IMG/VR virus record: IMGVR_UViG_3300010048_000004
Span: 1-60,295 of that record
Length of the DNA: 60,295 nucleotides
Origin: a virus
Lineage: Duplodnaviria; Caudoviricetes
Strand: one strand, 5' to 3'
In this document: positions 26,951 to 35,726 of the stretch, piece by piece
How the letters are laid out: each line of letters starts with the position of its first letter
Numbering within the stretch: position 1 is the first letter of the stretch
Program-made: the position numbers and the translations under genes
Notes under the pieces: generated by a model
The model's database searches: none
The model's input: only the letters and a program-made list of their open reading frames with translations
What the model was told of the DNA's origin: nothing

Positions 26951-28390
26951 TTATGCAGTTTCCGTTATTGTTTCAGCTTCATTGCTTTCGCTTAGCGTGA
27001 AAACATTTAGCTCACGCGCGAGTCTTTCAATTTCGCTCCACACGATATGGTGACAACCAGCGCGGAAGTTTCCGCTTGTCCATATCGTATCGATTCCGAA
27101 ATGTCCGACTCGTATCGAGTGTCCGTTGCGTTGCCATGCGATTGCGTCAACTGGAAAATGTCCCGCGCTTGTTTGGGATTCCAATTGCACGCTTGCGCGT
27201 TGCTTTATCAGCTTGATGAAACGAAACGCGCGTATCGCATGAGTGAGCGGCACGCTTGCGCCGCGCGACGTTTGTAACTCGCCGCCTGTTATTATGCCTT
27301 CCTCACTGCGAGTAACATCGATTGCACGAAGTAGCGTTACGGTTGAATGTGGCGCGTATGCGCCACGGTCGCCGCGAAACCATGCTTGCGCGCGTTCTAA
27401 TTCCTCACGCTCACGCTCTGCGTGTTCGATTGCAAGTGCAGTGTTGTAGGCTTCATTGCATTGTGCGGCGATTGCAGCAAATTTTTCGCGCGCTTGATTT
27501 TTGAAACGTGGTAGTTCGGAAAGTTTGGAGCATGTGTTTCCAAATTCTCGTAAGTGATATGATCCTATGCATTCATTGCTGTTAAATGCTTCTACTAAAA
27601 AAACTTTGCAATCGCGAAAGTTTTTGACGAGGTGGCGCAAGTATCGATTTGCATTCTTACGCGCTTCACTTTTTTCTTGCCGAGTAATTTCAGCGCGTAC
27701 CAATTGTAAGACTTCCCAAACCTTGCGCGCTTGTTTCTCGCGCTTGACTGATTTGAGAGCACGGTGTGAGTGATAAAGTTTTTTTGCTTCATTTAGCGTT
27801 TGCCTGTTGCGGAAAATTTGCGCAAGATGTTGGACCGTTCCTGAATCGTCAAGCGTGCTGATAATTTTGCCATAACGAATCTGCTCGCGTTTGTTCTCCT
27901 CTTTCGCTTCTAACTCCTCTTTCTCGCGCTGTTTAATTGCTTGAGCTTTTATTGTCTCAAATCGGTCAATGGGATTTTTGATTTTGCAAAGTGAGAGTAG
28001 ATACACGCCAACATCGCTACTCATTTCTTCCGCATGTTCGATACAAAAGTTTATGATTTGTTTTGGCGCGGATGCTTTCGATTCTCCCGTGCCGTGCTCA
28101 TATGAGTCGAGTATGTGATTTAGTTTGGTAAGCGCTGGCACGTGATAGAATGTACCGCTCACGGCATTGTGTGCGTATCTTTGATGCCGCGTTGTGCTGA
28201 TGCTGTAAGAGTCTGTTGCGAGTAGCGCGGTCTTATCTTTCATAATGCGGCCGACAACGAAGTGACTGCCGTATGAGTACAGAGTTTGGCCGTTGAAGAA
28301 AAAGTTTCCATTGTTGCTTTTTCCACTGGGCTGATTCTGTTGCGCCCAAACATGTGCAACCATGGAATTTTCAAAAACAGTGCGAGTCAT
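26951..28390 (-). CDS. Cassette large hypothetical protein
   Basis: 479 aa; VAHVWA..YSYGSHF N-terminus, TSRGA..GCH C-terminus; AAAGGAC RBS. Confidence 0.8.
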   Translation of the reverse strand: MTRTVFENSMVAHVWAQQNQPSGKSNNGNFFFNGQTLYSYGSHFVVGRIMKDKTALLATDSYSISTTRHQRYAHNAVSGTFYHVPALTKLNHILDSYEHGTGESKASAPKQIINFCIEHAEEMSSDVGVYLLSLCKIKNPIDRFETIKAQAIKQREKEELEAKEENKREQIRYGKIISTLDDSGTVQHLAQIFRNRQTLNEAKKLYHSHRALKSVKREKQARKVWEVLQLVRAEITRQEKSEARKNANRYLRHLVKNFRDCKVFLVEAFNSNECIGSYHLREFGNTCSKLSELPRFKNQAREKFAAIAAQCNEAYNTALAIEHAEREREELERAQAWFRGDRGAYAPHSTVTLLRAIDVTRSEEGIITGGELQTSRGASVPLTHAIRAFRFIKLIKQRASVQLESQTSAGHFPVDAIAWQRNGHSIRVGHFGIDTIWTSGNFRAGCHHIVWSEIERLARELNVFTLSESNEAETITETA

Positions 28391-28422
28391 TTGTGATTTG
28401 TCCTTTGCGTTGTGAGTGAGAG

Positions 28423-28623
28423 TTAGCGTGCGTTGTGGTTATGCATTGCAATTGCTGTTGCGCATGCATCATCAAAGTCGTCTGCGAAATAATCAGCGCA
28501 TGCATGAAGTTTGCCGCGATAAAAAATCCGCGCGCAAAATTCATTTGCATCATTGCGTGAGTAAACGCGTGCAAACGTGTTTTGAGAATCCGGAATCGTG
28601 TGAAACAAAACCTTGCGTGACAT
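28423..28623 (-). CDS. First gene of the cassette, hypothetical
   Basis: ACTCGAAAGGAC RBS. Confidence 0.65.
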   Translation of the reverse strand: MSRKVLFHTIPDSQNTFARVYSRNDANEFCARIFYRGKLHACADYFADDFDDACATAIAMHNHNAR

Positions 28624-28768
28624 AACGTTGAGTCCTTTCGAGTTAATCTGTGTGCGGATTAGTTTGCCGCACGCGGGATATCAGCCCTGAGCACCATTGC
28701 TCAAGGCTTGTCTCAAGTTTGGGACAGCACACTTATATATAGCAAGAGGCCAAAAATGGATTTTTCAA

Positions 28769-29092
28769 ATGGTTCAAGGGCTTAGGCGTGCAGTCCCGTG
28801 GCATGGATTGCCGCAAATAAATACGCGCTTTAAGCGTGAGATGTTCCATAGAATCAATGACTTATCTAAGGAGCGTGGAGTCTCTCCTGGGGTAATCGTG
28901 CGCGAAGCAATGGCGTTGTACCTAGGCGGTAATAATGTTCCGGCAAAAATTGACCCAATTCCGCGCGAGCAGATTCCACATACGAAAAAACCGCGAGAAG
29001 AAACTTACATGAATGCGCCAATTCGCGAATTACAACAGATTGATACTGATAGAATTGAAAAACGCGGGAAACCCTTAAATTATAAGGATTAG
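28769..29092 (+). CDS. Ribbon-helix-helix DNA-binding protein
   Basis: QINTRF..EMFHRINDLSKERGVSPGVIVREAMALYL. Confidence 0.65.
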   Translation: MVQGLRRAVPWHGLPQINTRFKREMFHRINDLSKERGVSPGVIVREAMALYLGGNNVPAKIDPIPREQIPHTKKPREETYMNAPIRELQQIDTDRIEKRGKPLNYKD

Positions 29093-29212
29093 ATGAATCG
29101 CAAATTGTGAGCATCTCTGCCGAAACTATTTCACGTGTAAGCAGTGTAGAAAAAACGTGAGGTGCGGCGTAATCGTCAGGGTACGGAGCATCGAAGGGTC
29201 GGTTCATTTGGT

Positions 29213-29842
29213 GCAGTATTTATAAGGCTTAAATGAATCGAGAAAAATGCGCAGAATCGGGAAACATCGATTTTATATGGCTTAAAAAATCGGAAAAAAT
29301 CGCGAATTGCGCTAGGTGCCATTTTTGCTGGGTTAGATGCATTTTTTTGGGTACTCGTTTTACGAATTACATAAAACGTGTTTACACGATTGTGTAAATG
29401 CATTTGAGGCCCATTTTATAAGGGTTTTTCGCGCGCTGTTGTTTCACTCGCGCAAGCGCGCGCAAAATATTTTGATTTTTGATACACGCAAAGCGAGTTT
29501 CGAGTCGGTTTTTTCAAAAATCATCTAAAGCCCGGTTTTATTGGCTTAGACGAGCATGACTGCTGGAATGCTGCTTCGTGTATCACGCTTTGATATATCA
29601 ACCGCTATATAACCAGTTGCTCGATGTGCGAGAAATGCCTTGTTTTAAAGGATTATATGTATTTTCGATTATTCGCTTGTCCGTTTATGACTCCCTTATG
29701 ACTCAAATTGCGTATCACGCTCACGCGCTAGGCTTCGTTAGTACAAATCCAATATCACGCGATAATGAAAAGCGTAAGAAATGCCTGATTTTATTGTGTT
29801 AGATGCGCTGATAATGCAAAAACGCCTGAAAATACTGGATTA
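29213..29842. repeat. AT-rich non-coding tract with ~7 degenerate ~19-bp direct repeats
   Basis: GCCYGwTTTTAwwGGmTTA-like units near 29213, 29267, 29409, 29530, 29637, 29783 and 29824. Confidence 0.5.
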
Positions 29843-29984
29843 AAACGCCAAAATCGAACTCGTTTTGGTTTCAAAAATGGACCGGGAGAGCCCCCGGCAT
29901 CCGTTGGGCCTCTTTGAACCGTTTAAAGTTGGGAGACAAGCCTCCCCACCCCAAAGAAAATTTCAAATTCTTCCGAGGCACCCC

Positions 29985-30296
29985 ATGCACCCCGATCTTC
30001 ACTATCCCGATCATCCCGGCTGGATGCGTGATGGCACAAGTCGTGCCGCAGCGGATGACATGGCTGCCAAGGCTCCCACCTTGCGCAACAAAGTTCTGGC
30101 GTTGCCTTTTGGTGCGCCGCTCACGGCGGATGAGTGCGCGTCACGCATGAATGAGTCGGTGCTGGCTGTTCGGCCCAGGCTGACGGAGTTGGAGCGGCTA
30201 GGTCACATCTGCGACAGCGGCAAGCGGCGCGTCAACAGCGTCAGTGGCAAACGCGCAATTGTGTGGGAAATCCGCAAGGACAGTGGCGATGACTGA
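29985..30296 (+). CDS. Winged-helix phage protein
   Basis: TSRAAA...LTADE...RPRLTEL..G.I.DSG.RR..SG..AIVW. Confidence 0.75.
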   Translation: MHPDLHYPDHPGWMRDGTSRAAADDMAAKAPTLRNKVLALPFGAPLTADECASRMNESVLAVRPRLTELERLGHICDSGKRRVNSVSGKRAIVWEIRKDSGDD

Positions 30297-30480
30297 CATC
30301 TACAACAATCAGGCGCATATCATGGATCAATGGCTGGCGCAGCGCCGCAAGTTGTACGAGCGCCACAAGCGGGCGCTGGAGCTTGGCCACACCAAGGTCG
30401 CCACCAATTTGATGCGTGACATTCATCACGTTGAGGACGCGCTTCAGAAGCTTAATGACGCGCATTTTGCGAAGGATTAG
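30289..30480 (+). CDS. Hypothetical protein
   Basis: Overlaps the previous stop; AAGGA RBS. Confidence 0.55.
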   Translation: MTDIYNNQAHIMDQWLAQRRKLYERHKRALELGHTKVATNLMRDIHHVEDALQKLNDAHFAKD

Positions 30481-30623
30481 CGCCCTGGCTGATGGCTAAA
30501 AATGTCCGGAAGCAATTCTTATTGCAGCTTCTATAACTGCAGTTAGTCCAACTCCAACGCTCACAATTGTTGCTATTGCTTTCAAGGGCTCCCACTTGTG
30601 CCGTTGTTTTAAGCTCTCTCCGC

Positions 30624-31034
30624 TCATTTTCTCTCGCTATTCAGTGCGTTGATCACGATCTTCGCCATCTGTTGGAAGATTTCGGCATGCCCGACATCAT
30701 GCGGGTTGTGAAATCCTTCTGGCGTGGCGCGCCACAGTTCGTGGCTGATGATTTCGATCCAGCGCCACCAGCTATCGTTGCTTCCTGGCCCTGAGAGCGC
30801 TTTCGATGTCGAAAACGTGCCGCAATACATCATCACATCATCGACCGCCGTCTGCCAGCCAACCGTTTCCATCACACCCTTGCTGATCAGGCCAGCATCA
30901 CGCAGCAATTCGTTGGTGGCGTCGTAGATTTGGTACATCGTCTGGCTCATCGTTTCTCCCAAATTGTAGGTGCGTTGGCGTCTTTTTTCGATCACTGCCG
31001 TGTCTTGTTCCTGGCCGCTGGTTTCTTGGTCCAT
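30624..31034 (-). CDS. Hypothetical protein
   Basis: GAGGGAG RBS; start may be internal. Confidence 0.5.
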   Translation of the reverse strand: MDQETSGQEQDTAVIEKRRQRTYNLGETMSQTMYQIYDATNELLRDAGLISKGVMETVGWQTAVDDVMMYCGTFSTSKALSGPGSNDSWWRWIEIISHELWRATPEGFHNPHDVGHAEIFQQMAKIVINALNSERK

Positions 31035-31038
31035 GGGT

Positions 31039-31314
31039 TCACTCCCTCAATAGTTTTCTGGCAAACGCTATTGCCGCCCGGTCAAGCATGTCGCTGAAGC
31101 TTTCCAGCACCTTCATCGAGGCGTGAGCTTGATGCCACTGGTAATCCCATTCTTTCTTCAAGTGATCGTCCGACCAGTCAAATGGCGGCGGTTTATCCTT
31201 TAAGGCCGCAATGGTTTCGCACAGCAATGATTTGGGTATTTCGGCATGGGCGTCCCACATCGGATCGTCGGCGTAGCTTTGCAATTTATCGATCAATATT
31301 TGCGGGGCATCCAT
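31039..31314 (-). CDS. Hypothetical protein
   Basis: 91-aa ORF in a minus-strand run. Confidence 0.5.
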   Translation of the reverse strand: MDAPQILIDKLQSYADDPMWDAHAEIPKSLLCETIAALKDKPPPFDWSDDHLKKEWDYQWHQAHASMKVLESFSDMLDRAAIAFARKLLRE

Positions 31315-31528
31315 GTCGTCACATGATGAAGATTATGTTGATCTCTCCTGTCATGTCTCGCGTGTGAGCGAGAAGGCTGTGCTGGTTGATGTTGAAGAGC
31401 ATGAGGATGTTTGGATACCTCGCTCATGTTTGTTTGGCGGCGACGATATTGGGCTTGAGGACATGCTGGGCGAGGATGTTGTCATTCGCGTGCGGCGCTG
31501 GTTTTTGGTGAAGCATGGCGTGATTTGA
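31313..31528 (+). CDS. Small acidic beta-barrel-like protein
   Basis: SEKAVLV...WIPRS motif. Confidence 0.5.
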   Translation: MSSHDEDYVDLSCHVSRVSEKAVLVDVEEHEDVWIPRSCLFGGDDIGLEDMLGEDVVIRVRRWFLVKHGVI

Positions 31529-31817
31529 GCGTTTCCACGAAACGCTGTAGCTCATGGAGGATCGAATCCATCTTGCGCAAATCGGCGTCTGTTGGTTCCG
31601 TACCTTCATCCAGCATGGTTGTTATCGTGCCGAAGAGATGTTGCGCGCCACAGAAGAATGCCAATCGCAACGGTTCGATTTGCTCGTATGATAATCTTTC
31701 CTTTGATAATCCTTCCTTGTCGAGAAATATTACGAATCCAGCTTCAATGAGTGTACCTTCATCGATCAATTTGTTCGTAATTTCATTGATCAATTTGGCA
31801 TGTGTTGTTTCGCTCAT
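31482..31817 (-). CDS. Hypothetical protein
   Basis: AFFCGAQHLF motif; ATGA coupling. Confidence 0.65.
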   Translation of the reverse strand: MSETTHAKLINEITNKLIDEGTLIEAGFVIFLDKEGLSKERLSYEQIEPLRLAFFCGAQHLFGTITTMLDEGTEPTDADLRKMDSILHELQRFVETLKSRHASPKTSAARE

Positions 31818-32473
31818 GTGTGGTTCACCTTCTCCATCGGCAGCAACCTATGCAACCGCTTGAGACGCTCATCTAGCTCGCGCATTGCCTTGGGGCCTTC
31901 CTGTTCCGCGAGCTTTTTGAGCGATGGCAAGCCGCCTTCGATGGAAGTTTCCACTTCGCATCGCAGTGCCGGTCGGCCTTCGGCAAACCAGTAGATTTGT
32001 TCCGGCTTGCCGATGCTGAAGAGAATGCCATCGTCTGCCTTGAATGGCTTGTAGCTGCGGGTGACCCACACACAGGTTGCGCCGGGATTGCGGTCGAGAT
32101 GGATGCCGGGGGCGGGGAGATGTTCCGGCATGTTTTTCGTATTGCGCCGCATGCGGGGCTCGATCAGGAAGGGGCATGCTTTGACGGCAAACAGGGCGCA
32201 ATCCAGGTGCGATGGCGGTTCGGCATTGATTTGATTGATGGCGCACATCGGACCCAGGACGAAGGCGAGGTGGACACCGAGATAGTCGCCACAAATCCAG
32301 CAGCGCTTTTCGTTGACCGCGCGATACAAATGTTGGGTGTTGAGAATGCGGAAGTCGGGTTTGCCGTCAGGCATGAATTGAACGAACCAGGGGACGGGAA
32401 AGCCTCTGTGATCGCGCGGTAGCGCGTACATGCGAGGCGGCAGGGGCGGCAGGGTTTTGCGGAGATCGGTCAT
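31814..32473 (-). CDS. Conserved-looking phage protein with Cys/His motifs
   Basis: RGFPVPWFV, CWICG, EPPSHLDCA..CPFL. Confidence 0.75.
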   Translation of the reverse strand: MTDLRKTLPPLPPRMYALPRDHRGFPVPWFVQFMPDGKPDFRILNTQHLYRAVNEKRCWICGDYLGVHLAFVLGPMCAINQINAEPPSHLDCALFAVKACPFLIEPRMRRNTKNMPEHLPAPGIHLDRNPGATCVWVTRSYKPFKADDGILFSIGKPEQIYWFAEGRPALRCEVETSIEGGLPSLKKLAEQEGPKAMRELDERLKRLHRLLPMEKVNHT

Positions 32474-32484
32474 CTGCTCGTGCC

Positions 32485-32766
32485 TCACGATTTTTTCGGG
32501 TACACCAATTTTGCGTTCTTGAACCATTGTTCGGTTACTTCGGGAATATCGGATGTATCGATGGGGATTTCCGAGGCGCGCAAGGCGAATAGGCTCGCCA
32601 GGGTGCGGCGCTTAGGTGGCTTGCGTCCTACATTCGATGTGATCGCGTGATGATGCACGATCATGTCGTAGGGTTTGGCGGGATGGCCATAGATGTCGGT
32701 GACGACATGAATGCGGCCAGCAAGCTTGTAGTGCTGACCGACTATGATTTTGGTGATGGAGATCAT
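32485..32766 (-). CDS. Hypothetical protein (BrnA-like IDTSDIPE C-terminal motif)
   Basis: IDTSDIPEVTEQWFKNAKL. Confidence 0.5.
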   Translation of the reverse strand: MISITKIIVGQHYKLAGRIHVVTDIYGHPAKPYDMIVHHHAITSNVGRKPPKRRTLASLFALRASEIPIDTSDIPEVTEQWFKNAKLVYPKKS

Positions 32767-32960
32767 GATTGGTTTGTTTGGTCTATAAGGCCGCAATAGC
32801 CGATGTCTATGTCGTCGTCAGTGGAGCGCCATGCCATGCATTCCGAGGCGATACAACATGTTGAGATCATAATGGTACCGTCGTAATGACGGTTAACGCC
32901 GCTGCGCACCCGTGCGAATGGGCACCATTTATTCCTGGCTTCTTGTTCACTGAGAATCAT
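32763..32960 (-). CDS. Cys-rich small protein
   Basis: KWCPFAR...CIASECMAW...GYCGL. Confidence 0.7.
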   Translation of the reverse strand: MILSEQEARNKWCPFARVRSGVNRHYDGTIMISTCCIASECMAWRSTDDDIDIGYCGLIDQTNQS

Positions 32961-33122
32961 GTTCGATCCTTCTCTTCAGCACATGGGGACGAAGTTGATT
33001 CAGTTCGGCTATTTCTGCTGGTGTCAGTCCTTTGGTTAAGGTCGTGGCTTTTGCGATCAGCGCGTACCAGCGCGTTTCGTGATCGAGATAAGCCGGTGTG
33101 ATTGGTTCTGGAAAGATTGGCA

Positions 33123-33296
33123 TCAGGTGTTCTTTTCATGTTGGTTGAACCAATCTTCTACTGCGGTTTGGATTGCCTGGGCCAATGTTTTTCTGTTGTG
33201 CTCATTGTCGAGCTTATCTTTCCAAAGGAAATGTTCGGCCAATTCCTGGCAGGCCGGATCGTAGGAAAATTCCGGTTCATTCCTCTTGCGCGGCAT
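33123..33296 (-). CDS. Hypothetical protein
   Basis: YDPACQELAEHFL..LAQAIQTAVEDW. Confidence 0.6.
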   Translation of the reverse strand: MPRKRNEPEFSYDPACQELAEHFLWKDKLDNEHNRKTLAQAIQTAVEDWFNQHEKNT

Positions 33297-33474
33297 TGTT
33301 TTGGACTTTTCTGATTTTCTTTTCGATTGTGCTGGTGCAGTCGGCAGGTATGCTCTTCTCAATGGCTTCCACCACTTGCATTGCGGCCATCAGACTTTCC
33401 GGATGTTCGGAGTCGAACGGGACTTGCAGGCGAATGGTGGCGTCGTAAATGTCTCGGCGTGGTTGTTTTGCCAT
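33277..33474 (-). CDS. Hypothetical protein
   Basis: AAGGA RBS; first gene downstream of the 33.5-kb operator region. Confidence 0.55.
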   Translation of the reverse strand: MAKQPRRDIYDATIRLQVPFDSEHPESLMAAMQVVEAIEKSIPADCTSTIEKKIRKVQNNAAQEE

Positions 33475-33539
33475 GGATTTTCCTTTTGCGTGTCCGCTCT
33501 CAATTTGTGAGTTCCTCAATGTACGCTCTTTTGGTTTGT

Positions 33540-33706
33540 GTTCAACCGGCGTACATTGATTCACGTCAGGGATTGCTACCCCTCTGACGGATGGGCCGGT
33601 GCCCCTGTTCCCGCCCCCCAGCGCACAGCGCCCGGCCCATCTCTTTTTCGGAATCGCAATTGAGTTCCGCGCCCTGTGGGTGTTTGGTGCTGTACTCCGC
33701 ATGTAC
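33540..33706. promoter_or_regulatory. Divergent control region with two GTWC-N7-GTAC boxes
   Basis: GTTC-AACCGGC-GTAC at 33540-33554; GTAC-TCCGCAT-GTAC at 33692-33706. Confidence 0.6.
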
Positions 33707-33723
33707 GAAAGGGGTTCCAACAA

Positions 33724-34104
33724 ATGTTTAAACCCTACACAGACCGTCCGTCGCCGGAAGTTCCCACGCCTGATCATATCGAGAGGCCCGACTACATCGC
33801 GTGCGTGTTGTTGCAAGCTGCGGATTTGATCCGCACCTACGGGTTTGTGCGTCTGGAATATGGCTCATCGTTGCGTGGCTTTTGTGCGCTGGGCGCGATC
33901 CGCCACGTGACCAAGATGAATCCCGCTCGTCCCGAGATAGAGCGTGCTTTTGAGCGCTATCTTCGCGCTCGTGGCCATTTGCGCTCAAGAAATCGTGCCA
34001 TTCACCATTGGAATGATGCGCCTGGGCGTACCAAGCAGCAGGTGATCGACACTCTGGAAGCTGCTGCGTTTGGTTGGAAAAGATATGAAAACATTAGGAG
34101 ATAA
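33724..34104 (+). CDS. DUF6197-like phage protein
   Basis: L.AADLI..G...CALGAI...WNDAPGRTKQQVI..L.AA. Confidence 0.7.
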   Translation: MFKPYTDRPSPEVPTPDHIERPDYIACVLLQAADLIRTYGFVRLEYGSSLRGFCALGAIRHVTKMNPARPEIERAFERYLRARGHLRSRNRAIHHWNDAPGRTKQQVIDTLEAAAFGWKRYENIRR

Positions 34105-34201
34105 GCGAAGGGTATGGACCAATCATTGGCGTGTTTTCTCGTTGGCCTCATTCTTGGCTGGCCATTTGGGGCTGCGGTTGTACATTTCATCATGAGGGGT
34201 C

Positions 34202-34405
34202 ATGACAAGCGAACAGGAGCTAAAGGCACTTAATCAAACCATGATGGCATCCGGCATCGCCCTGCTGCTGCGCAAGCGCATTGCGGTGAGGTGCCAATAT
34301 AACGAAGTCGTTGTTCATTTTGATTCCATGCAAGACGCGCAGAATTTGTTCGATGCCATCCGGCGTATTCCGCCACATGGTGCAGTCAAGGGAGTCAAAA
34401 AGTGA
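34202..34405 (+). CDS. Hypothetical protein
   Basis: GAGGGG RBS. Confidence 0.55.
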   Translation: MTSEQELKALNQTMMASGIALLLRKRIAVRCQYNEVVVHFDSMQDAQNLFDAIRRIPPHGAVKGVKK

Positions 34406-34794
34406 AAATGCGCCCGTTGATTTTTGGTGATGCGCACCAGCAACGGGTGCGTGAGATCATGGCGTATTCGGAGCGGCATCATTTTCGCGTTGGCATGCCG
34501 CCTCCCGGCGACAATCCGGAGCATGTGCTGGATTTCGACTTTGGGTATCGCGCGGTTTTTTCTTACAGCATGAACAAATCACCGCCTGTGTTGGTGCGTC
34601 ATCTTTCCGTGAGCGTGCCTGGCAATCTGCCCAATCCCGTTGCCGTGTTCATGATTGCAGAGATGTTCGGTTTTACCGGCTGGAACATCATGATGGGAGA
34701 TGAGCCGTCGCCCGATTGGTATATTGGCATCAACGACGATGGCGATGGTCCCTATGTTGTAGTCGGTCAGATCATTCCACAGGGGAGTGCATAA
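34402..34794 (+). CDS. Hypothetical protein
   Basis: RHLSVS...P.P motif; GTGA coupling. Confidence 0.65.
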   Translation: MKMRPLIFGDAHQQRVREIMAYSERHHFRVGMPPPGDNPEHVLDFDFGYRAVFSYSMNKSPPVLVRHLSVSVPGNLPNPVAVFMIAEMFGFTGWNIMMGDEPSPDWYIGINDDGDGPYVVVGQIIPQGSA

Positions 34795-35057
34795 TGGCGA
34801 AATGGGCGTGCAAGCTTTGCATCATGACCAAGGGATTGCTGGGTTCGCAGATCGACAGCTTGCCGGATGCTGAGGACAGTGAAGGCATTGCCCGCCATAT
34901 CGAAAGCGAGCATCACATCGCCGTCAGGCGCGAAGATGAAAGTGAGGAAGCTGCGCTCAAGCGCTTTCGGGATGCTTATCCCGAAGCAGGCGGGCCAAGT
35001 TGCAAGTGTCCGTCCTGTCAAGTTGGTTACTCTCACAATGGCGTGTTGGAGCCGTGA
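34794..35057 (+). CDS. C2H2/Cys-rich small protein
   Basis: CKLC...HIESEH...CKCPSC. Confidence 0.6.
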   Translation: MAKWACKLCIMTKGLLGSQIDSLPDAEDSEGIARHIESEHHIAVRREDESEEAALKRFRDAYPEAGGPSCKCPSCQVGYSHNGVLEP

Positions 35058-35069
35058 GGGCCATAAGGT

Positions 35070-35291
35070 ATGAATGATTTCACCAACAATCTCTCCGGTG
35101 ACTACGGCACTCCGGTGTGCATCGGGCGTTACAGGAATATTGTCCAAATTCAGATCGTGTTCGACAATGAGCAGCAAGCCATGGTCATGCTGGAGTGCGT
35201 GAAGCAGGAGATCGACAAAAATCATTTCACCATGATCCGCATTGGCGGCACCATGGATGAGGCCCCGGCAGAGGTGATCCACAAGCAATGA
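35070..35291 (+). CDS. Hypothetical protein
   Basis: 73 aa, operon context. Confidence 0.5.
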   Translation: MNDFTNNLSGDYGTPVCIGRYRNIVQIQIVFDNEQQAMVMLECVKQEIDKNHFTMIRIGGTMDEAPAEVIHKQ

Positions 35292-35444
35292 AGCCTGAAA
35301 AGCGACCGACAGATTTCCAGAGGCAATTGGTGGTGTGGGCCGATCAATGTGAGGCTGGCGAGACGCCAAAAACGAGTCTTTACTATCGCCTGACGCGGGA
35401 AATCGAGGATGCCCGCGCGGCGATCAGGCGGGAGAGGGAGAGAA

Positions 35445-35726
35445 ATGAATCACGCGATAGCCAGTAGTTTCTCGCGTCACATTATGTTCTCTTATATTTT
35501 TCAGGCGCTGACCTTGCTTGTGGCTGGTTTTGGTGCCGTGGAAGTTTGGTATGGGCTAGGTCATTCCGGTTTCTTTCGCATGGCCATATTGGTTCTGTGC
35601 ACAGTCGTGAATGTGGCTATGTTTTTCTTTCATTTTTACATTCGCGCGCGTTTTCGCTTTCTCAAGGAACTCAATGAGCGGGCTGACAGCCTGGACTGGA
35701 CTACCCGGTATAAGCCGCCTGCTTAG
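35445..35726 (+). CDS. Two-helix membrane protein
   Basis: Two hydrophobic segments; purine-rich RBS. Confidence 0.55.
   Translation: MNHAIASSFSRHIMFSYIFQALTLLVAGFGAVEVWYGLGHSGFFRMAILVLCTVVNVAMFFFHFYIRARFRFLKELNERADSLDWTTRYKPPA

Noticed and set aside
25373-28643. CRISPR-like array of GTCCTTTCGAGT
   Set aside because: Copies are only 12 bp, irregularly spaced by whole genes, and there are no cas genes
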